Positions 26,957 through 35,336 of a stretch of DNA of 64,000 nt are shown here, one piece after another. The notes beneath the pieces were generated by a model. It saw only the letters and a program-made list of their open reading frames with translations. It was not told the DNA's origin and did not search any database. Position 1 is the first letter of the stretch; every line of letters starts with the position of its first letter. Source of the DNA: Actinomycetota bacterium. Its GTDB lineage: Bacteria > Actinomycetota > Coriobacteriia > Anaerosomatales > JAUXNU01. The translations under genes and the position numbers were made by a program. The stretch lies in assembly GCA_030682655.1 (NCBI GenBank), contig JAUXNU010000127.1:14597-78596 (forward strand), in the 5' to 3' direction.

Positions 26957-27829
26957 ATGTACAACCTTCGCTACCATATCGCGTCGCTCGTGGCGGTCTT
27001 CCTTGCAATGGCGATCGGCCTGCTCCTTGGCACTATCGTCGTCGAGAGAGGTACTTTCGACAGGCAGCGCGATTCGATCGTGGAGAGCCTTCAGGATGAG
27101 TTTCGCACGCTTGCCGATGAGAACGATGTGCTTCGCACGGACAACGAGCACCTCGACGCTTTCGTAGGTGACCTGGTCCCCGCTCTCACGGGCGATGTCC
27201 TTGCGGGCAAGAGGTTCCTGGTGATCGCGTCGACCGGTAGAACCGACGGGCTCGGGGCTGTGACCCAGGCCATCGGGCAGGCCGGCGGAGAGGTGATAGT
27301 GGCGACGGAGAGCGAAGCCGGGATGGCACTTGCTGATCCCGCGGTCTCTCAGGTAGCGACACCGGTGGTGGGGGATCTGACGGGTGACGATCTGGTTTCG
27401 GCAGTCTCGAAGACGCTTGCTGCCGAGTGGGCGACTCCGGGCGTCGATCGCCCTCTCACAGATGCGCTGAGCGAAGCAGGTGCGATTCGCTTCGATCCCG
27501 CACTGCGGGAAGACGTGTTTGTGGATGGTGTGATCGCGATGGCTGCGTGGGACGGTGTACCAGATGACCTCGCGCTGAGGATAGCCGAGGAGCTTTCCCG
27601 GGTGGGCCGGATCAGCATCGGTGCGGAGGCCGGGACGAATCCGACGGGCGTCGCTGCTGCGAGTGCAGCGCAAGGTCTGTCTGCCGTCGACAACGCCAGC
27701 AGCGCCGCCGGGCGGCTGTCTGTGGTGTGGCTGCTCGCCGGACGGGCAAAGGGCTACTTCGGAACCGGGGATGCCGCTGACGCGCCATGGCCGACGATGG
27801 AGACGAAGACGGGCTCGCCGAAGGACTAG
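26957..27829 (+). CDS. MctB-like (DUF3186 / copper transporter family) membrane-anchored protein
   Basis: 290 aa. MYNLRYHIASLVAVFLAMAIGLLLG N-terminal anchor plus coiled-coil (SLQDEFRTLADENDVLRTDNEHL). Located after steA, as Rv1698 is in Mycobacterium. Confidence 0.6.
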   Translation: MYNLRYHIASLVAVFLAMAIGLLLGTIVVERGTFDRQRDSIVESLQDEFRTLADENDVLRTDNEHLDAFVGDLVPALTGDVLAGKRFLVIASTGRTDGLGAVTQAIGQAGGEVIVATESEAGMALADPAVSQVATPVVGDLTGDDLVSAVSKTLAAEWATPGVDRPLTDALSEAGAIRFDPALREDVFVDGVIAMAAWDGVPDDLALRIAEELSRVGRISIGAEAGTNPTGVAAASAAQGLSAVDNASSAAGRLSVVWLLAGRAKGYFGTGDAADAPWPTMETKTGSPKD

Positions 27830-28518
27830 GCGGGGGTGCGACGACGCTCGAACGCAAGCCGCGCCAACGCCCGTCCGACATGGACGAACTGCTGTCCCCT
27901 GTGGGCAAATCCCGTCAGATCGCGACCGGTTGCTGCGTGACTCATCGTGGTCGGTATCTCGATGACACGCATTCCCGCGCGCAGCGCGCGGACGGTCAGG
28001 GCGACTTCGACCCCGTATCCGAATGCGAAAGGCGTCACGTTCGCGAGACAACGGGCCGACAGCGCTCTTTGACCTGAGAGCGGGGCCTGTGCCACGAACC
28101 CGCCACCCATTCGAGCGATCCCCCAACGTGCGAGACCCTTGACGAGACCGACACCGGCTTTGCCCGCAGGGCGCGGGAATGCGGCAATCACCAAGTCCGC
28201 GCGTCCTTCGGAGACCGGGTCGAGAAGAAGCTGGCCCTGCTCCGCAGACTGGCCCAGGTCCCCGTCGAGAAGCAGGAGCACCTCGATCTCCTCGGCCAGA
28301 TGGGCGATGCCGGTGTCGAGGGCCGCGCCTTTGCCCACGTTGTCGGGCAGGGCGAGCACTTCGGCCCCCGCAGCCCGTGCGACTTCGGCCGTCGAGTCGG
28401 TGGAGCCGTCGTCGACGACCAGGACACGGTCGACACCGCGGATGGAGCGTGCGGCGATCACGGTCGCGCCGATGAGATCGGCTTCGTTGAAGGCGGGGAT
28501 GAGTGCGACGACGCTCAT
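27826..28518 (-). CDS. Family 2 glycosyltransferase (small, DPM1/GtrB-like)
   Basis: 230 aa from the internal ATG at 28518. ALIPAFNEADLIGATV, VVDDGSTDST, and DxD-like LLDGDL. ATGA overlap with the murJ stop. Its stop overlaps the mctB-like stop in a shared CTAG. Confidence 0.8.
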   Translation of the reverse strand: MSVVALIPAFNEADLIGATVIAARSIRGVDRVLVVDDGSTDSTAEVARAAGAEVLALPDNVGKGAALDTGIAHLAEEIEVLLLLDGDLGQSAEQGQLLLDPVSEGRADLVIAAFPRPAGKAGVGLVKGLARWGIARMGGGFVAQAPLSGQRALSARCLANVTPFAFGYGVEVALTVRALRAGMRVIEIPTTMSHAATGRDLTGFAHRGQQFVHVGRALARLAFERRRTPA

Positions 28519-30080
28519 CGAGATCGCCCTGTCAGTCCCACGATGCCTCTCCGGATGAGCGCCACGCCCTCTGGGATCTCGGGTACGCGCAGGAGGGCTG
28601 CGATGCCGTAGGTGACGCCAAGACCGAGCGAGCCGGCGATGGCGAGCTGGACGAGGAATCCGGCGCGCGCGTCGGAAAGACCGCGAGTCGCATACAGCAG
28701 GCCGACGACGACCGCCGCCCCAGCCGTTGATGCGACAAGCATCCGGGCCAGAATGGAGACGACGCCGCGCATGTCGAACGCGCCGATGCGGCGGCGAAGG
28801 ACAAACAGGAGGGCGACGAGGCTTATGGACGCGAACACCGCATCGGAGATAGGGATGCCCCGTAGTCCAAGCCCCTTCCAGCTCCCGATGCCGACTGTGA
28901 GGGTCGCGTACAGCGAAACCTGGACGACGGTCGCCGCGCCGTTGACGAGCATCGGCGTCTTGGTGTCCTGCATCGAGTAGAAGGTCCGGATGAGGAACAT
29001 GAACATTGCGAAGAAGAACAGCGCCACGCCCCACCAGACGAGTACTTCGGCGACGACCGGTATGTCCTCGGCAGTGAAACGACCGGCGCGATACAGGGTG
29101 GTCAGTGGTGTGGCCAGCGTGACAAGCATGGCCGCCATCGGCAGCATGAGGACGCCGGTGATGCGGAGTCCCCTGCCGAAGGTCAGCTTGAAACTCGACC
29201 AGTCGTTGCGTCCGGCCTGGTCGGAGAGCTCGGTGAAGATCGCCGTTGCCAGAGCCACGGCGAAGATGCCGTATGGAAGCTGGTAGAACATCCACGCGTA
29301 CATCAGTGTCGCCGGTCCTTCGGGGGAGACCTCGAAGGCGTAGGCGTTGCGGAAGGACACGGCGATCAGGTTCGTGACGACGTAGAGCACCGTGGGAACT
29401 GCCATCTTGCCGAGCCGGCGCATTCCCGGGTGCTTGAAATCGATGCGCAAGGTGTACGCAGGTTTGAGTCTGAGCAGGCTCGGGAGCTGCACGGCGAACA
29501 TGGCGAGCACTCCGAGAGACGTGCCGACTGCCAATCCGATTCGGGCCAGCTCAGGATTCGTCTCGCGGAAGGGAACGTAGAAGCCCAGCAGAGTGACGAT
29601 CACAACAAGGTTGTTGAACACGGGGCCGATAGTCGGCCAGAAGTAGCGCCTCTGCGAGTTGAGCACGGCGCTGATGATCGATCCTGCGCCGTAGAACACC
29701 ACCTGGACCGCGAAGAATCGGAAGAAGTACGTGGCGAGCGCCGCGTCGTCCGGACTGATACGAAATGTCTGGGTCCTGACGAACGCTTCGGCATACACCG
29801 TGCCAAGGACGGCTACCACGCTCAGGATGAGCGTGGTCAGGTTGAAGAGCGAGCTCGCGAAACGCCAGGCGTCTTCGCGGCTCTTGTCTCCCCACCACTC
29901 CAGAAAGATCGGTATGAAGAGCGACGAGATGATGCCGCCTGCGACGAGCTCGTAGATCATGTTCGGGATGTTGTTCGCGACGCCGTACGATGCAGCGAGC
30001 GCGGTCACTCCGAGCGCGTATGCCGTCGCCCAGGTGCGCACAAACCCCGTGACCCGGGACAGCGTCGTAGATATGGACAT
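28515..30080 (-). CDS. murJ: MurJ/MviN-family (MOP superfamily) lipid-linked glycan flippase
   Basis: 521 aa. LSRVTGFVRTWATAYALG...ANNIPNMIYELVAGG N-terminal MurJ signature and ~14 hydrophobic segments. Confidence 0.85.
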   Translation of the reverse strand: MSISTTLSRVTGFVRTWATAYALGVTALAASYGVANNIPNMIYELVAGGIISSLFIPIFLEWWGDKSREDAWRFASSLFNLTTLILSVVAVLGTVYAEAFVRTQTFRISPDDAALATYFFRFFAVQVVFYGAGSIISAVLNSQRRYFWPTIGPVFNNLVVIVTLLGFYVPFRETNPELARIGLAVGTSLGVLAMFAVQLPSLLRLKPAYTLRIDFKHPGMRRLGKMAVPTVLYVVTNLIAVSFRNAYAFEVSPEGPATLMYAWMFYQLPYGIFAVALATAIFTELSDQAGRNDWSSFKLTFGRGLRITGVLMLPMAAMLVTLATPLTTLYRAGRFTAEDIPVVAEVLVWWGVALFFFAMFMFLIRTFYSMQDTKTPMLVNGAATVVQVSLYATLTVGIGSWKGLGLRGIPISDAVFASISLVALLFVLRRRIGAFDMRGVVSILARMLVASTAGAAVVVGLLYATRGLSDARAGFLVQLAIAGSLGLGVTYGIAALLRVPEIPEGVALIRRGIVGLTGRSR

Positions 30081-30346
30081 TATCGCGGTGGAGCGCGCGA
30101 TAGTGGGCTGGGATATGGTCCTGCCTCCGTTCGGTCAGTCCGCTTGGACCCCTCCGGACCGCGTCACACACAATTGTATCCGAGCATGTGGCGCAGCGGC
30201 TGGGCGCCTTGACGGCGTCGATGACTCGTAGCCGTGTCGTGACCATGTGCCATACCGGCTTCGCGCGGCATTCCGCTATACTTGCGGGTGGGCGCCTCTA
30301 GCCCGGTCCCGTGCAGTCGCACGCAGGGCCATGTCCCCAGATATGA

Positions 30347-30372
30347 TCGTCGCACGTGTACACGTGCGACGA
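30347..30372. promoter_or_regulatory. 26-bp perfect palindrome (putative operator or 5'-UTR hairpin) abutting the RBS of the 771-aa membrane protein gene
   Basis: TCGTCGCACGTGT|ACACGTGCGACGA was checked base by base: 13+13 nt, no mismatch. The right arm overlaps the GAGGAG RBS (30371-30376), and the ATG is at 30382. Confidence 0.9.
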
Positions 30373-30381
30373 GGAGTGTGG

Positions 30382-32697
30382 ATGAAGCGTTCGCTGACAC
30401 TGGTTGTGATCGTCGCGTCGATCGTCGCGACACTACTGCCTGCTGCCGCCGCGAAAGACGTGCAGCCGGCGCGCCGGGTCGTGCTCGTCCTGGCCCCGTA
30501 TCTTGAATGGTCGGACATCACCGCAGAAAGTGCGCCTGCTATCGCAGAACTCGGTGCTTCAGGGGCTCTCGGGAATCTGAACATGCGCAACCGTGGCAGA
30601 CTCTCAAGCTTGTCGTCGCCGGTACAGGGCGCGCTCACCCTCTCGTCCGGTTCATGGGCGGCCGAGGACCCATTGGCAGCGGCGGCGTACGGCTCGGACG
30701 AGTACTACGAGGGCGGGACGGCCGGTGATGCGTTCCTGCGGGCCACAGGGGCCGATTCGGCCGGTGCACAGGTCGTCTACCTTGGGATGTCCCGTGCTTT
30801 GCGCTTCAACGAGCAGGCCGAGACGCTCGCGGTCAAACTCGGCGCTCTCGGCCAGGCAATCGTGGATGCGGGTGGAACCACCGCGGCCATTGGGAACTCC
30901 GATTCCGGGTACGAGGTACGTGGCCTGGCCAGGAGTCGCCCGGCCGCGCTCGTTGCAATGGACGCGCAGGGTCGTGTTGTCCTTGGCGACGTATCATCCG
31001 GACTGCTCCAAAGCGATTCCGAGGCGCCATTCGGCATATCGACCGATCTGGCTGCGTTCGAGAAGGAGTATCAGAGGGTCTCAGAGGAGTTATCGAAGGC
31101 CACAGGGCCAGTGCTGGTCGTTCTCGATCCGGGAGATCTTCAGCGAGCCAAGGAGTTCGCGCCTGAGGCTTCCCCGGCGGTTGCTCGGGCGCACCACAGG
31201 CAGGCGGTCCGGACGCTGGATGTCATCGTCGACATCGTGATGAACGGGCTACCGGACGACAGCGTCATCATGGTCGTTCCGCAGGCGCTGGTTGAGACTC
31301 CCGGTGAGGTCATGGGTCTTGCACCCGTCATCGTCGCCGGTCCAGGTTGGTCTGGATATGCCAGTTCCTCGTCGACGCAGCGAACGGGCCTCGTCACGAA
31401 CCTCGACGTTGCCGCCACGGTGACGGGCTCGCTGGGTATCGAGAAGCCGGTCGAGGTGCTAGGGAACCCCATGGTACCCGTGCGCAACTCGGGCTCACTC
31501 GCGGACAGGGTCGCCGAGTTGTCGTCTATGAACGACGCGGCGGTCGCAGTCGACAGCGCGAAGCCCGCGATCATCAATGCGTTCATCGCGTGCACTACGC
31601 TGATTCTCATGCTCGCGACGGTCGTTCTCCTGCGGGCGCGAAGATGGAGCGTTCGCACGGTCGATCGGGTGTCGCGCTCAGGTATCACGCTGCTGTTGAT
31701 AGCCCTGACGGTTCCGGTGGCATCGACGGCGATGTTCGCGCTTGGGACTCGTCCGCAGAGTGCTGCGGCTGCGAGCGTTCAGTTCGCGGTGGTGGGTGCG
31801 ATTCTGGCCGTCGCGGCGCTCGTGCTGCGACGGTTCGTCGCTCTGCGCGTTCCCGTCGCTATTCTCAGCTTGCTCGCTACCGGCGTGATACTTGTCGATC
31901 AGTGGTTCGACGCGCCGTGGTCCTTCACGAGCTTCCTTGGGTACTCTCCTCTGATGGGGGCGCGCTACTACGGACTTGGGAACGAGAGCGCGGCGGTGTT
32001 GGTCGGCTCGGTGCTCGTCGGAACAAGCCTGCTCATGGATCAGTTCCCTGAGTCTGCCTGGACCCGACACATGCGCTTGTGGCTCCTGCCGGGTATCGGT
32101 GCGGTCATCGTCGGTACCGCCGCAGCCCCGTTTCTTGGGGCAAATGTGGGAGTCGTCGTGTGGGGCGTGGTCGCCTTCGGATTCGCGTGGTCGCTCATGA
32201 ACCGTGTGCGTTTCGGCTGGAGGCTAGCGCTGGGGGTGGCGGCCATCGTCGTCGCGCTTCTGGTGGCGTTCTCACTTGTGGATCTGTCTGCGGGCACGGG
32301 AAGTCAGACGCATCTGGCCCGTGCGTGGGAGAGTGCGCGTGCGGGCGGCGTGGGCGAGCTCTGGCTTATCGTGGCGCGAAAGGCCGAGACGAACATGCGC
32401 GTTCTGACTCGAACGAACTGGGCGTACCTTCTTGTCGCGGTTCTCGGATTCCTTGGCTTCATGCGCTGGAGGCCTCAGGGTGATTTCGCGGACACGCTTG
32501 CGGAGAATCCCTACTTCTCCGCCGCGATGGCTGCCTGCCTCGTGGGTGGAGTGGCTGCATACCTGACCGAGGACTCGGGGATCGTGATCCCGGCGCTGAT
32601 GTTTCTCTACGTAGGAGTGGGCATTCTGTGCCTGATGCTCGACCGGCTGCCCGGTGTCATGCAAAGCGAGCATTCCGGGGAAGGGGACAGCTCGTGA
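30382..32697 (+). CDS. Large envelope protein: signal peptide + ~420-aa extracytoplasmic domain + polytopic C-terminal membrane domain (function unknown)
   Basis: 771 aa from the ATG at 30382 (RBS GAGGAG). MKRSLTLVVIVASIVATLLPAAAAKD signal-like N-terminus. The soluble region has alkaline-phosphatase-superfamily-like edge motifs (VVLVLAPYLEWSD...; TGLVTNLDVAATV). About 9-11 hydrophobic helices start at ~aa 430. Confidence 0.7.
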   Translation: MKRSLTLVVIVASIVATLLPAAAAKDVQPARRVVLVLAPYLEWSDITAESAPAIAELGASGALGNLNMRNRGRLSSLSSPVQGALTLSSGSWAAEDPLAAAAYGSDEYYEGGTAGDAFLRATGADSAGAQVVYLGMSRALRFNEQAETLAVKLGALGQAIVDAGGTTAAIGNSDSGYEVRGLARSRPAALVAMDAQGRVVLGDVSSGLLQSDSEAPFGISTDLAAFEKEYQRVSEELSKATGPVLVVLDPGDLQRAKEFAPEASPAVARAHHRQAVRTLDVIVDIVMNGLPDDSVIMVVPQALVETPGEVMGLAPVIVAGPGWSGYASSSSTQRTGLVTNLDVAATVTGSLGIEKPVEVLGNPMVPVRNSGSLADRVAELSSMNDAAVAVDSAKPAIINAFIACTTLILMLATVVLLRARRWSVRTVDRVSRSGITLLLIALTVPVASTAMFALGTRPQSAAAASVQFAVVGAILAVAALVLRRFVALRVPVAILSLLATGVILVDQWFDAPWSFTSFLGYSPLMGARYYGLGNESAAVLVGSVLVGTSLLMDQFPESAWTRHMRLWLLPGIGAVIVGTAAAPFLGANVGVVVWGVVAFGFAWSLMNRVRFGWRLALGVAAIVVALLVAFSLVDLSAGTGSQTHLARAWESARAGGVGELWLIVARKAETNMRVLTRTNWAYLLVAVLGFLGFMRWRPQGDFADTLAENPYFSAAMAACLVGGVAAYLTEDSGIVIPALMFLYVGVGILCLMLDRLPGVMQSEHSGEGDSS

Positions 32698-33659
32698 CAG
32701 ATTGGACGGCGGAGTCGGTACGCCTCGTCGCCGCGCTTCTGGCCGGATGGGGTCTGCCGGCCCTTGGGATGCACATGTTTGTGCCGACGCTCGAGACATC
32801 CGGACCGCATGTGCGGAACTACCGGGACGCGGATGTGTTCGTCGGACTCGGTACGGTCTGGGTGTTCTGGGTGATCGCGATGGTCGGGCTGAATACCGTA
32901 GCTGTCTCAGGGGTCTTCTTCGGCAGAGAGCTCGCCGCTCCGGTCGTATTCCAGGCCATCCCCGTAGTCGTAGCGGCGTTCGTTTTCGGACTGATCGATG
33001 ACGCCATGGGCGGTTCCGCAGAGAAGGGGTTTGGCGGTCACGTGAGGGCGCTCCTCAGAGGCAGGCTGACGACCGGCGGGCTGAAGCTCCTTGGCATCGG
33101 GGCGGCCTCGCTCGGCGTCGCGCTTGTCCTTGAGCTGTCGCGCGCGGGTGAACCCGGGGCGACTCCCGTGTGGCGGACCGCCGTCGCGGTAGTAGCCGCG
33201 ACCGGAATCATCGCGCTGAGTGCGAACCTCGTGAACCTCCTGGATGTGCGTCCGGCGCGGGCCATCAAGGCGCATACCGCACTGAGTCTCATCGTGGTAT
33301 GCGTGGCAGTGGCACGCGCGATCCAGCTGGACTTCTCCGCGGGCGCTTCTCTCTTCGAGGGTGTTGGTCTGTTCGTCATGATGATCGGGCCGATGGTGGC
33401 CGTGTGGCGCTGGGACGCCAGCGGCCGCGGGATGCTCGGGGATGCTGGAGCCAACGCTGCGGGCGCGCTGGCAGGCTTCATGCTGGCCGCGGTTCTGCCT
33501 CTGCCGGGCCAGGTGATCGCGGCGGCGGCACTCCTTGGCATGAACCTACTCTCGGAGCGGGTCTCGTTCTCGGCCGTGATCGAGCACAACCGCGCGCTGG
33601 CATGGGTGGACGGGCTCGGCAGGATGCCCGAGGTGACCGAAAATCGCCCGGCTTCGTGA
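32694..33659 (+). CDS. MraY/WecA-like (GT4 polyprenyl-phosphate sugar-1-P transferase family) membrane protein with a divergent catalytic loop
   Basis: 321 aa. GTGA overlap with the upstream stop. GLIDDAMG and MLGDAGANAAG resemble the MraY DD and GDxGS loops, but the NxxNxxDGxDGL loop reads NLVNLLDVRPARA. About 9-10 TM segments. Confidence 0.6.
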   Translation: MTDWTAESVRLVAALLAGWGLPALGMHMFVPTLETSGPHVRNYRDADVFVGLGTVWVFWVIAMVGLNTVAVSGVFFGRELAAPVVFQAIPVVVAAFVFGLIDDAMGGSAEKGFGGHVRALLRGRLTTGGLKLLGIGAASLGVALVLELSRAGEPGATPVWRTAVAVVAATGIIALSANLVNLLDVRPARAIKAHTALSLIVVCVAVARAIQLDFSAGASLFEGVGLFVMMIGPMVAVWRWDASGRGMLGDAGANAAGALAGFMLAAVLPLPGQVIAAAALLGMNLLSERVSFSAVIEHNRALAWVDGLGRMPEVTENRPAS

Positions 33660-33715
33660 CAGGTGTGCGGGTATGATGGACGTGTGACAACGAGGCAGGA
33701 GGCTGAAGGGCTCAT

Positions 33716-35329
33716 ATGGCAAAGTACATATTCGTGACCGGTGGAGTCGTATCTTCGCTCGGCAAGGGCATTACCGCCGCCTCCCTCGGGAGGCTGCTCA
33801 AGGCCCGCGGGTTGAAGGTGACCATCCAGAAGCTCGACCCGTATCTGAACGTCGACCCCGGCACGATGAGCCCCTTCCAGCATGGCGAGGTCTTCGTCAC
33901 CGACGACGGGGGAGAGACCGACCTCGATCTGGGTCACTACGAGCGCTTCATCGACGAATCACTCTCGCGCGACTGCAACGTCACTGCGGGTTCGGTCTAT
34001 TCGACCATCGTGACCAAGGAACGCCGGGGCGATTTTCTTGGCGGCACGGTTCAGGTTATTCCGCACGTGACCAACGAGATCAAGGACCGCATCCTGCGCC
34101 TTGCCGAGCAGACGCAGCCCGACGTGATCATCACGGAAGTGGGCGGCACGGTCGGCGACATCGAGTCCCTGCCGTTCCTCGAGGCGATCAGGCAGCTGCG
34201 CAAGGACCAAGGCCGGGAGAACGTCTGCTACATCCACGTGACGCTCGTGCCGTTCATCGCGGCAAGCGCGGAACTCAAGACCAAGCCCACGCAGCATTCG
34301 GTCAAGGAGCTTCGCAGCATCGGTATCCAGCCGGACTTCATCGTGTGTCGCTCTGACCGCCCGATCGACGCGGGGATACGGCGCAAGATAGCGCTGTTCT
34401 GCGATGTCGACCCGAAGGCGGTCGTGAGCGCCCAGGACGCGAGCAGCATCTATGAGGTGCCGCTCCGGCTGCGCGAACAGCAGCTCGACGAGATGGTCAT
34501 CGATCGGCTGCATCTCGACTGCGGGCAGCCGAACATGGACGAGTGGAACGCTTTCGTCGCTCACTCGGCGTCGCTGTCCAGTGAGGTCGACATCGCGCTG
34601 GTCGGCAAGTACGTGCAGCTCCCCGACGCATACCTCTCCGTCACCGAGGCCCTCGACCATGCGGGTATCTTCCACGACCACAAGGTGAACGTGCACTGGG
34701 TGGACGCCGAGTCGTTGACGCCAGAGGAGGTCGACCAGGTCCTTTCGGAGATGGATGGCATTCTTGTGCCCGGGGGCTTCGGCATTCGGGGCATCGAAGG
34801 CAAAGTGCGTGCGGCGCGCTACGCTCGCGAAGGCAAGGTCCCGTACTTCGGTATCTGCCTTGGCCTGCAGGTCGCCGTCGTTGAGTTCGCGCGGTACGTC
34901 GCGGGACTTGAGGGTGCGAACTCGGCCGAGTTCGATCCGGTCACGGAACACCCGGTCATCGACCTCATGCTCGAGCAGCACGAGGTCGACGACATGGGCG
35001 GCACCATGCGCCTGGGCGCCTATCCCTGCAAGGTCACAGCGGGAACCAGGGGCCACGAGGCCTACAAGGAAGAGGTCATCTACGAGCGGCATCGACACCG
35101 CTACGAGGTCAACAACGCGTATCGTCAGAAGCTCGTGGATGCCGGACTCGTTGTAAGCGGACTGAGTCCTGATGGCAAGCTGGTCGAGATGATCGAGCTG
35201 CCGGACCATCCGTGGTTCCTTGGCAATCAGGGACACCCCGAGTTCAAGAGCCGTCCGACGCGTCCGGCACCGCTATTCCGGGACTTCGTCGGGGCGGCGG
35301 TCGATTACCGGCGCGCACGCGAGAGCTGA
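33716..35329 (+). CDS. pyrG: CTP synthase
   Basis: 537 aa. [20 protein letters not shown]-terminus and the glutaminase motif GICLGLQ. Confidence 0.95.
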   Translation: MAKYIFVTGGVVSSLGKGITAASLGRLLKARGLKVTIQKLDPYLNVDPGTMSPFQHGEVFVTDDGGETDLDLGHYERFIDESLSRDCNVTAGSVYSTIVTKERRGDFLGGTVQVIPHVTNEIKDRILRLAEQTQPDVIITEVGGTVGDIESLPFLEAIRQLRKDQGRENVCYIHVTLVPFIAASAELKTKPTQHSVKELRSIGIQPDFIVCRSDRPIDAGIRRKIALFCDVDPKAVVSAQDASSIYEVPLRLREQQLDEMVIDRLHLDCGQPNMDEWNAFVAHSASLSSEVDIALVGKYVQLPDAYLSVTEALDHAGIFHDHKVNVHWVDAESLTPEEVDQVLSEMDGILVPGGFGIRGIEGKVRAARYAREGKVPYFGICLGLQVAVVEFARYVAGLEGANSAEFDPVTEHPVIDLMLEQHEVDDMGGTMRLGAYPCKVTAGTRGHEAYKEEVIYERHRHRYEVNNAYRQKLVDAGLVVSGLSPDGKLVEMIELPDHPWFLGNQGHPEFKSRPTRPAPLFRDFVGAAVDYRRARES

Positions 35330-35336
35330 CGGGCGC

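Noticed and set aside
30164-30433. 89-aa - strand ORF and the 45-aa N-terminal extension of the 30247 ORF, both containing the peptide ARVHVRR
   Set aside because: The shared peptide is simply the 26-bp palindrome read on both strands. The real start of the + gene is ATG 30382, with its own RBS and signal peptide.
33672-33715. pyrG leader: TATGAT -10-like hexamer and GGGCTC just before the ATG, reminiscent of the B. subtilis pyrG reiterative-transcription attenuator
   Set aside because: The leader would be only ~35 nt and contains no terminator hairpin, so the Bacillus-type mechanism cannot operate as described.
33959-35236. Long antisense ORFs opposite pyrG (425 aa). Similar ones lie opposite the ABC ATPase (40800-42491), the BMP lipoprotein (39907-40971), the mctB-like gene (26930-28126), the PilX-like gene (6698-7642) and pilC (1620-2534).
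   Set aside because: Same reasoning as above. Each mirrors a + strand gene with strong family motifs, and none has recognisable domains.
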